A stretch of 64,000 nucleotides of DNA from contig NZ_JABEZU010000003.1 in NCBI RefSeq assembly GCF_013149785.1, positions 186,001 to 250,000 of the forward strand. The letters are read 5' to 3'. Of this stretch, positions 45,307 through 52,544 are shown in pieces. This DNA is from Isoptericola halotolerans (lineage in GTDB: Bacteria; Actinomycetota; Actinomycetes; Actinomycetales; Cellulomonadaceae). The notes under the pieces are model-generated. The model was given only the letters and a program-made list of their open reading frames with translations. It was not told the origin of the DNA and made no database searches. Each line of letters opens with the position of its first letter. The stretch's first letter is position 1. Position numbers and translations under genes: made by a program.

Positions 45307-45334
45307 TAATGACATAATGCACATTATCGGCCTT
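45307..45334 (-). other. dif: Actinobacterial dif-like Xer recombination site
   Basis: Minus strand AAGGCCGATAA-TGTGCA-TTATGTCATTA: 11-6-11 layout with the core CCGATAA-N6-TTATGTCA; AT-rich island in an intergenic gap. Confidence 0.8.
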
Positions 45335-45337
45335 CTA

Positions 45338-45398
45338 CTGAGGTGTGCCTGAGCCGCTCCTGAGGCCCCGTGGAGCCCCCGCGCCGTGCACCTTGAGC
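45338..45398 (+). repeat. CTGAG direct repeats at an 11-bp period
   Basis: TGAG at 45339, 45350, 45361, (GGAG 45372) and 45394. Confidence 0.6.
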
Positions 45399-45521
45399 GC
45401 CTGAGGGAACCGCGCCGATCCGGTGCGAACGCTGGTCGGGTGCTTCGCCGGCGACGACGATTGCTTGAGGACACCGCCGGAGGCTTGGTGTCGACCGCAC
45501 TCGTCGACATGGGAGCCTCCG

Positions 45522-46625
45522 GTGAACGCCTCGTCGAACCGCCCGACACGCCAGCAGCCCGTCCCGACCGGGACGGCGCCGCGCGTCGTCGTGATCATCC
45601 CCGCGCACGACGAGCAGGACGCCCTGGCGGACACCATCGCCTCGCTCTCCGCCCAGACGCGTCGCCCCGACCGGGTGCTGGTCGTCTCCGACAACAGCAC
45701 CGACGAGACCGTCTCGGTGGCCCGCGCCGCCGGAGCCGAGGCCATGGAGACGGTGGGCAACTCCTCGCGCAAGGCGGGTGCGCTGAACCAGGCCATCGCC
45801 ACGGTGAGCGAGGACGTCGTCATGGTGCTCGACGCCGACACCACCGTCGCCACCACCTTCATCGCCGAGGGCCTGGCGGTCCTCGCCGCCGACCCGACGG
45901 TCGCGGCGGTGGGCGGCGTCTTCCGCGGCCGCCCTCCCGTCGGCTACCTGCAGCGCTGCCAGGCCAACGAGTACACCCGGTACGGCGTCCAGGTGGACGT
46001 GACCGGCCGGACCGCGGTCCTGACGGGAACTGCTGCCCTGGTGCGTCGCGCCGCGATGGACGAGGTCGCCGCCGCGCGCGGCACGCGTCTTCCCGGCCGC
46101 CCCGGGGACGTCTACGACCGGGCGGCCATCACCGAGGACTCCGAGCTGACGCTCGCGCTGCGGACCCTGGGCCACGAGCTGCGCTCCCCCGTCACCATGA
46201 GCTGCACCACCGAGCTGATGCCCACCACCGGTGACCTGCACCGCCAGCGTGTGCGCTGGTACAAGGGCATGCTCGACAACCTGGCCACCTACGGCCTGAC
46301 CCGCACGACGGCCCGGTACGTCGGTCAGCAACTGATGCTGGTCGTCGGCACGCTCATGATGTCGGCCTTCCTCCTGCTCACCGCGCTGACCGTGGCGACC
46401 GGAACGTTCGTGCTGTCACCGGTGTGGGCGTGCGTGGGCCTGCTCTTCGCCGTGGAGCGGCTCGTGACCGTGTGGAGCGCGGGCGGCCGCGCCCGTCTGC
46501 TCGCGGCGTTCGTCCTGCCCGAGCTGGTCTACGACCTCGCGCTCCAGCGCGCATTCGTCCACGCCCTCGCCCTGTTCGTCACCCGGCGCCAGACCACCTG
46601 GAACCACGTGACCGTCGCGGCCTGA
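45522..46625 (+). CDS. Processive family-2 glycosyltransferase (PgaC/IcaA/cellulose synthase-like)
   Basis: IPAHDE, DNSTD, KAGALN, LDAD, TED, QRVRW, C-terminal TM helices. Confidence 0.92.
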   Translation: MNASSNRPTRQQPVPTGTAPRVVVIIPAHDEQDALADTIASLSAQTRRPDRVLVVSDNSTDETVSVARAAGAEAMETVGNSSRKAGALNQAIATVSEDVVMVLDADTTVATTFIAEGLAVLAADPTVAAVGGVFRGRPPVGYLQRCQANEYTRYGVQVDVTGRTAVLTGTAALVRRAAMDEVAAARGTRLPGRPGDVYDRAAITEDSELTLALRTLGHELRSPVTMSCTTELMPTTGDLHRQRVRWYKGMLDNLATYGLTRTTARYVGQQLMLVVGTLMMSAFLLLTALTVATGTFVLSPVWACVGLLFAVERLVTVWSAGGRARLLAAFVLPELVYDLALQRAFVHALALFVTRRQTTWNHVTVAA

Positions 46626-46733
46626 GCCGCACGCAGCGGCCCACCGCAGCACCACTCCCCTGCACGCCCACCTCCTGGGTGCGCCCTGTCGCGCCCGGAC
46701 CCATCGCACGACCCACCACTGAAGGAGCTTGTC

Positions 46734-46904
46734 ATGTACCAGTCCACCGTCGCCCAGACCGCCCCCGTCCTCGCTGCCACCGGCGTGGCCGCCGCCTTCC
46801 ACGTCGTCGCCGCCTGGACGCTCCTGGTCGCAGGCCTCGCCCTGATCACCACCGCCCGCGTCCTGCACCGACGACGTCAGGCGGCACGCGCCCTGCGTGC
46901 GTGA
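46734..46904 (+). CDS. 56-aa micro-protein with LAxTG motif, TM helix and basic tail (not in the ORF track)
   Basis: SD GAAGGAG 6 nt before ATG; MYQSTVAQTAPVLAATGVAAAFHVVAAWTLLVAGLALITTARVLHRRRQAARALRA; C/G-ending codons. Confidence 0.8.
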   Translation: MYQSTVAQTAPVLAATGVAAAFHVVAAWTLLVAGLALITTARVLHRRRQAARALRA

Positions 46905-46921
46905 GGCCCACGCGGCGCCGC

Positions 46922-48517
46922 TCAGGCGAACCGTTCGGAGAACGCGTTGCGGAACATCCCTGCCGGGTCGTGCCGACGCTTGACGGAGAAGAACTCGTCG
47001 AGCATCGGGTATGCCTGGGCGACCTGCGCCCGCGTGTAGTGCTGCTGGTACGGCAGGTAGAACGTTCCGGCGTGGTCCAGCGCGAGCTGCACCAGCTGCT
47101 CGGTCAGGTCTGCCATGTCCGCGTTGGCTTCGTCCGACACCTGCTGACTGAGGTAGAGCACGACTGCCAGACGGTCGTCCGGTGCGTACCTCAGCAGCGT
47201 GTCGTCGTCGTGGACGGCCCGCACCGAGGCGCTGAGCAGCTCGGCGTCGTGCTCGCGCAGCACGGGTGCCACCGCTGCGAGGAACTCCTCCAGCCGCTCC
47301 CCCGGCAGGAAGTACTCCTGGAGGATGTCCGTCCTCGACAGCTTGTGGCGGAGGATCCCCAGGTCGTTGTACATCGCCTGCGTCCGCGGCACGAAGCACG
47401 CCTCGGCCTCCCGGAGGGCCTCGTTGCGTGACGTGGCGCACGGCCGGTGACGGGGAAGCACGTCCTTCTGCACCTTCCAGCGCACCTCCTGAAGGGGTCC
47501 GCCGTGCCGTGCCAGGTTGAGGACGAACCGCCCGGGGCGGGAGTCCTGGACCTCGACCAGCGGTGGGATCGGTTCGGCCCACTCCCCGTGCTCCGTGTAG
47601 GTGTACAGGATCGCCTCGCCGAGGTACGACGACGGCGCCGTCGACAGGTGTGCGTACATCATCCGCACCGAGTCGTCCGGGACGATCTCGGCGGAGTAGA
47701 TGTCTGCGAGGTCGGCGGCGGGCACGACCCTCTGGTCCAGCCGGTACACCGTGTTCGGCACCGTCTCCAGCTCGATCTCGGTGATCACGCCGAGCAGGCC
47801 GTACCCCCCGATCACCGCACCGAACAGCTCGGGGTCGCTCTCGCGGTCGATGGCACGTACCTGGCCGTCGGCGGTGACGAGCCGCAGCGATCGCACGGTC
47901 CCTGCCAGAGAACCTCGGCGGAAGTCGACGCCGTGCGCGTTGGCGGAGACGGTACCGCCGACGCTGAGGATGTCGATGCTCGGCATGGCCGCCACCGCTC
48001 GCCCGTGCGGGTGCAGGGCCTCGAGCACGCTTCGCCACGTCGCCCCGGCTCCGACCCGGACGGTGCCGGCCGCGGTGTCCAGGTGCACGTGGTCCAGCCG
48101 GCGCATGTCGAGGACGAGACCGCCGGGGAACGACGCCTGCCCACCCATCGCGTGCCGGGTCCCGCTGGGGCTGACGACGAGCTCCCGCTCACGGGCGTAC
48201 GCGAGCGCCGTGACGACGTCGGCCTCGGAGCGGGGACCGGCGACGCCGTGGACCGCGACCTCGTTGAGGCAGCTCGCGTCGTTGACCACGCCGCCGACCT
48301 GCGTCAGGAATCCGGGGGCCTCGGGCGGCGCATGGTCCGTGGGGCGCAGCCCGTGCGTGGCGTCGAAGGCGATGGTGCGGGTCTCGGCCGTGCACTCGCG
48401 TGCTGTCGTGGGCGCTCCGGAGTACCGGTCCCACGTGACGAGGGACAGGAGGAGCGTGCCCGTGAGCGCGCCGGCGACCACCCATCGGCGCACCGTGTGC
48501 CTGCGACGTCGTGCCAC
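46922..48517 (-). CDS. Secreted or membrane-anchored FAD-binding oxidoreductase (ALO/DprE1-like fold)
   Basis: Arg-rich N-terminus + TM, GTRHAMGGQ, SVGGTVSANAHG, GGYGLLG, KRRHDP..MFRN. Confidence 0.88.
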   Translation of the reverse strand: MARRRRHTVRRWVVAGALTGTLLLSLVTWDRYSGAPTTARECTAETRTIAFDATHGLRPTDHAPPEAPGFLTQVGGVVNDASCLNEVAVHGVAGPRSEADVVTALAYARERELVVSPSGTRHAMGGQASFPGGLVLDMRRLDHVHLDTAAGTVRVGAGATWRSVLEALHPHGRAVAAMPSIDILSVGGTVSANAHGVDFRRGSLAGTVRSLRLVTADGQVRAIDRESDPELFGAVIGGYGLLGVITEIELETVPNTVYRLDQRVVPAADLADIYSAEIVPDDSVRMMYAHLSTAPSSYLGEAILYTYTEHGEWAEPIPPLVEVQDSRPGRFVLNLARHGGPLQEVRWKVQKDVLPRHRPCATSRNEALREAEACFVPRTQAMYNDLGILRHKLSRTDILQEYFLPGERLEEFLAAVAPVLREHDAELLSASVRAVHDDDTLLRYAPDDRLAVVLYLSQQVSDEANADMADLTEQLVQLALDHAGTFYLPYQQHYTRAQVAQAYPMLDEFFSVKRRHDPAGMFRNAFSERFA

Positions 48518-48581
48518 ATGCTGAACCTATGCCGGGCCGGGCTCTCCCGCGGGACGAGCCCTCGCCGTGGCGGCGCGTCGG

Positions 48582-50966
48582 TCAGGCGCCGACGTAGTCC
48601 GCCAGGTGCTGGCCTGTCAGTGTCGACCGGTCTGCCACGAGTCGGGCCGGTGTGCCCTGGAAGACGATGGTGCCGCCGTCGTGCCCGGCGCCGGGGCCGA
48701 CGTCGATGATGTGGTCGGCATGCGCCATGACGGCCTGGTGGTGCTCGATGACGACGACGGTCCTGCCGGCGTCCACGAGTCGGTCGAGCAGCGCGAGCAG
48801 GTTCTCGACGTCGGCCAGGTGCAGGCCGGTGGTGGGTTCGTCGAGGAGGTACACCCCACCCTGCTCCCCCATGTGCATGGCCAGCTTGAGGCGCTGTCGC
48901 TCTCCGCCGGACAGTGTGTTCAGCGGCTGGCCGAGGTGCAGGTACCCGAGGCCGACGTCGCGCAGGTGTCCCAGGATCTTGTGCACGGCGGGGATCCTCG
49001 CCTCGCCGTCGGAGAAGAAGTCGTGGGCCTGGGAGATGGACAGGTCGAGCACCTCGGCGATGTTCTTGCCGGCGAGGGTGTAGTCGAGCACCTCGGCCAT
49101 GAACCGCTTGCCGCCGCAGTCCTCGCAGGGGCTCTCGACGGTCTCCATGAACCCGAGCTCGGTGTAGATGCGTCCGTTGCCCTTGCAGGTGGGGCACGCG
49201 CCTTCGGAGTTGGCGCTGAACAGGGCCGGCTTGACGCCGTTGGCCTTGGCGAAGGCCTTGCGCACGGGTTCGAGGAGCCCGGTGTAGGTGGCGGGGTTGG
49301 ATCGGCGCGAGCCCTTGATGGCCCCCTGGTCGACCACGACGACGCCTTCCCGGCCGGCAAGGTTGCCGTGGACGAGCGAGCTCTTGCCGGAGCCGGCCAC
49401 GCCGGTGACGACGGTCAGCACGCCGGTGGGGACGTCGACGTCGACGTCGCGCAGGTTGTTCTGCGACGCGCCGCGGATCTCGAGCGTGCCGGTGGCCGGT
49501 CGCACGGCGTCCTTGACTCCCACGCGCAGGTCCAGGTGCTTGCCGGTGAGGGTGTCGCTGTCCCGGAGGCCGTCGACGCTGCCCTCGTAGCAGATGGTGC
49601 CGCCGTCGGAGCCTGCGCCCGGGCCGAGGTCGACGACGTGGTCGGCGATCGCGATCGCCTCGGGCTTGTGCTCGACGACGAGCACGGTGTTGCCCTTGTC
49701 GCGCAGGTCGACCAGGAGCTCGTTCATGCGGGCGATGTCGTGCGGGTGCAGGCCGATGGTGGGTTCGTCGAACACGTAGGTGACGTCGGTCAGCGCGGAG
49801 CCGAGGTGTCGGATCATCTTGACCCGCTGGGCCTCTCCCCCGGACAGGGTGCCGGCGGGGCGTTCCAGCGAGAGGTATCCCAGACCGATGGCGACGAACG
49901 AGTCGAACAGGTGCAGCAGCGCCTTGACCAGGGGTGCCACTCCGGGCTGGTCGATGCCGCGTGCCCAGGTCGCGGCGTCGGTGATCTGCATGGAGCAGAC
50001 CTCGGCGATGGTGCGGCCCGCGACCTTCGCGGATCGCGCGGACGCGTTGAGACGGGTCCCCTCGCACGCCGGGCACGGGCCGAACACCGCGGCGCGCTCG
50101 ACGAACCTGCGCACGTGCGGCTGCAGCTGTTCGGGATCCTTGGAGAACATCGACTCGCGCAGCTTCGGGATGAGGCCTTGATAGGTCATGTTCATGCCGA
50201 GGGCCTTGATCTTGGTCTTGTCCCGGTGGAGCAGGTCGTGACGCTCGGTGTCCGTGTAGTCGCGGATCGGCTTGTCGCCGTCGACGAACCCGGACTCGGC
50301 GAACCCCTTGACCATCCACCCGTCGGCCTTGTAGCCGGGCACGAGGATGGCTCCCGCGTTGAGGGACAGGGACTCGTCGACGATGACGGACAGGTCGAGG
50401 TCGGAGACGGTGCCCCGGCCCTCGCACTCCGGGCACATGCCGCCGAGGTAGACCTGGTCGCGCACGATCTTCTTCTCGGTCTCGCCGCCCGCCTTGTCGG
50501 TGGCGAAGACGCCGCTCGCCTTGGAGGTGGGCACGTTGAAGGAGAACGCTGTCGGCGGTCCGACGTACGGGTCGCCGACGCGGCTGAACAGGTTGCGCAG
50601 CATGGCATGGGCGTCGGTGACGGTCCCGACGGTGGAGCGCACGTTGGCGCCCATGCGCTCCTGGTCGACGAGGATCGCGGTGGTGATGCCGTCGAGGTGG
50701 TCGACGTCGGGGCGAGGCAGCGACGGCATGAACCCTTGGATGAAGGTCGAGTACGTCTCGTCCAGCAGCCGGCGTGACTCGGCGGCGATCGTGGCGAACA
50801 CCAGTGAGCTCTTGCCCGAGCCGGACACTCCCGTGAACACGGTCAGGCGACGCTTGGGCAGCTCGACGGAGACGTTGCGCAGGTTGTTCTCGCGGGCACC
50901 TTCGACACGGATGACGCCGTGGGTGTCGGCGGGGTGCGGGGCGTTCTGGGGGGTTCGGGGGGCCAT
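48582..50966 (-). CDS. Class II UvrA-like ATPase (DrrC/UvrA2 type)
   Basis: Two ABC modules (GVSGSGKS, LSGGE, DEPT), CxxC fingers, 794 aa (shorter than canonical UvrA). Confidence 0.92.
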   Translation of the reverse strand: MAPRTPQNAPHPADTHGVIRVEGARENNLRNVSVELPKRRLTVFTGVSGSGKSSLVFATIAAESRRLLDETYSTFIQGFMPSLPRPDVDHLDGITTAILVDQERMGANVRSTVGTVTDAHAMLRNLFSRVGDPYVGPPTAFSFNVPTSKASGVFATDKAGGETEKKIVRDQVYLGGMCPECEGRGTVSDLDLSVIVDESLSLNAGAILVPGYKADGWMVKGFAESGFVDGDKPIRDYTDTERHDLLHRDKTKIKALGMNMTYQGLIPKLRESMFSKDPEQLQPHVRRFVERAAVFGPCPACEGTRLNASARSAKVAGRTIAEVCSMQITDAATWARGIDQPGVAPLVKALLHLFDSFVAIGLGYLSLERPAGTLSGGEAQRVKMIRHLGSALTDVTYVFDEPTIGLHPHDIARMNELLVDLRDKGNTVLVVEHKPEAIAIADHVVDLGPGAGSDGGTICYEGSVDGLRDSDTLTGKHLDLRVGVKDAVRPATGTLEIRGASQNNLRDVDVDVPTGVLTVVTGVAGSGKSSLVHGNLAGREGVVVVDQGAIKGSRRSNPATYTGLLEPVRKAFAKANGVKPALFSANSEGACPTCKGNGRIYTELGFMETVESPCEDCGGKRFMAEVLDYTLAGKNIAEVLDLSISQAHDFFSDGEARIPAVHKILGHLRDVGLGYLHLGQPLNTLSGGERQRLKLAMHMGEQGGVYLLDEPTTGLHLADVENLLALLDRLVDAGRTVVVIEHHQAVMAHADHIIDVGPGAGHDGGTIVFQGTPARLVADRSTLTGQHLADYVGA

Positions 50967-50997
50967 GAGCCGGGGTTCTCCTTCGTCGAAGCCAGTT

Positions 50998-51048
50998 TCG
51001 TACGGCGTACTGAAACGAGCGCGGCACAGATTAGCATACGCCGTACGA
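50998..51048. promoter_or_regulatory. Inverted CGTACGGCGTA operators upstream of the uvrA-like gene
   Basis: TCGTACGGCGTA (50998-51009) and TACGCCGTACGA (51037-51048) are a perfect 12-bp inverted repeat; each is itself quasi-palindromic. Confidence 0.7.
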
Positions 51049-51068
51049 GATCGGTGGCGCAGGGGTCG

Positions 51069-51539
51069 TCACCGCTGCGCGATCGACCGCCGGGGGGTGA
51101 GACGGACGACCGGGTAGACCCTGGTGCTCTTGGCCTGGTACTTCGCCAGGCTCCGGATCGCCTCCGACAGATGCTGCCAAGCAGCCTGCCTCTCGTCTCC
51201 CTCCAGGACGTGGGCCGTGACCGGCACCGGCTCGCTGCCGTGGACCTCGACGGCGCACCGGTCCGTGTCCGCCATCAGGTTGTCGAACCAGTCCGGATGG
51301 CGCTCGCCGCCGCCGGAGGCCACGACGATCCAGCCGGGGTGGCCGTCGTCGACGAACGCCAGCGGGTTCTGCCGGGGCGCGCCGCTGCGCCGACCCACGG
51401 TGTGCAGCACCAGCAGGTCCATGCCCATCTGCCGGCCACCGCGGCGGCGGAGCCTGGCGACGGTGCGGGCGTTGGCCGTGTGCTGCAGCCATCGGGAGAA
51501 GCGGCCCGGGCGCCGCGGCGCGGTGGAGGTGGTCGTCAT
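51069..51539 (-). CDS. Deazaflavin-dependent nitroreductase (DDN) family protein
   Basis: LVLHTVGRRSGAPRQNPL, VASGGG..HPDWFDNL, YQAKSTRVYPV. Confidence 0.9.
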   Translation of the reverse strand: MTTTSTAPRRPGRFSRWLQHTANARTVARLRRRGGRQMGMDLLVLHTVGRRSGAPRQNPLAFVDDGHPGWIVVASGGGERHPDWFDNLMADTDRCAVEVHGSEPVPVTAHVLEGDERQAAWQHLSEAIRSLAKYQAKSTRVYPVVRLTPRRSIAQR

Positions 51540-51952
51540 GATCGGCCGACCTCGTCGATGCGCACCATGTTGCCCGCCGGGTCGCGGAAGGCGCAGTCGC
51601 GCACGCCCCACGGCTGCTCGGTCGGTTCGGAGACGACCTCGGCGTCGGCGGCCTGCAGCCGGTCGAAGACGCCTTCGAGGTCGTGGGTGCCCAGGATGAT
51701 GGACTGGTAGCTGCCCTTGGCCATCAGCTCGGCGATGGTCCGGCGTTCGTCCTCGGTGACGCCGGGGTCGGCCGCGGGCGGGGTCAGGACCAGGCGCACG
51801 TCGCGCTGGGCCGGAGAGACGAGCGTGAGCCAACGCATGGTGCCCTGGCCGACGTCCTGGGTCAGCTCGAAACCGAGCAGGTCCCGGTAGAACGCCAGCG
51901 AGGCATCGGGGTCGGTGTGCGGCAGGAAGGTGGTGTGGATGACGATGTCCAT
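51536..51952 (-). CDS. VOC/glyoxalase-bleomycin resistance family protein
   Basis: DPDASLAFYRDLLGF, EQPWGVRDCAFRDPAGN. Confidence 0.93.
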   Translation of the reverse strand: MDIVIHTTFLPHTDPDASLAFYRDLLGFELTQDVGQGTMRWLTLVSPAQRDVRLVLTPPAADPGVTEDERRTIAELMAKGSYQSIILGTHDLEGVFDRLQAADAEVVSEPTEQPWGVRDCAFRDPAGNMVRIDEVGRS

Positions 51953-51962
51953 GCCCGCCACG

Positions 51963-52418
51963 CTAGACACGTGGCGAGGGCGGCGCTTCTCGATTCCTGA
52001 TCGGTCGGGCGACCTGCTTGGTCACGCAGGAGGGCAGCTCGGCCGCCGGCGTCTCGCAGGCCCGACGGCGGTACTCGCTCGGGGGCATGCCCACCAGCTC
52101 GGTGAACCGGGTGGAGAACGTGCCCAGCGAGGAGAAGCCCACCTCGAAGCACGCATCGGTCACGCTGCGGTCGCCGCGCCGCAGCAGTGCCATCGCACGC
52201 TCGATCCGACGGGTCATGAGATAGCTGTACGGCGACTCCCCGAAGGCCGCCTTGAACTGTCGGCTCAGATGGCCCCCGGACACGTGCACGCCCCGCGCCA
52301 GGGCCTCGACGTCGAGCGGCTGGGCGAACTCACGGTCGATCCGGTCACGCACGCGTCGTAGCAGCGCCAGGTCGCGGAGCCGCCGGGAGTCGCTCGAAAA
52401 GCTGGTCACGACCGCCAT
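51963..52418 (-). CDS. Short AraC-family regulator
   Basis: RRVRDRIDRE, FGESPYSYLMTRRIERA, VGFSSLGTFSTRF. Confidence 0.92.
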   Translation of the reverse strand: MAVVTSFSSDSRRLRDLALLRRVRDRIDREFAQPLDVEALARGVHVSGGHLSRQFKAAFGESPYSYLMTRRIERAMALLRRGDRSVTDACFEVGFSSLGTFSTRFTELVGMPPSEYRRRACETPAAELPSCVTKQVARPIRNREAPPSPRV

Positions 52419-52497
52419 TCTGCGACGTCGTGGCCCTGGCCGCCGCCGGACGCGGCGGTGGTCGGGGGCGTGGGGGCACATGTGGCGCACGCCACGG

Positions 52498-52511
52498 TCG
52501 AAACGATTCGA
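52498..52511. promoter_or_regulatory. LacI-type operator-like palindrome
   Basis: TCGAAACGATTCGA (central CG) upstream of the -10 TACGCT (52531) of the MATE gene. Confidence 0.45.
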
Positions 52512-52544
52512 GTTCGCCGCGGTACCGCCCTACGCTTCTGCTCG

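Noticed and set aside
41734..48517. Prophage or ICE around the tyrosine recombinase
   Set aside because: No excisionase, replication, conjugation or phage genes, no tRNA target, and I found no second att or dif copy in the window
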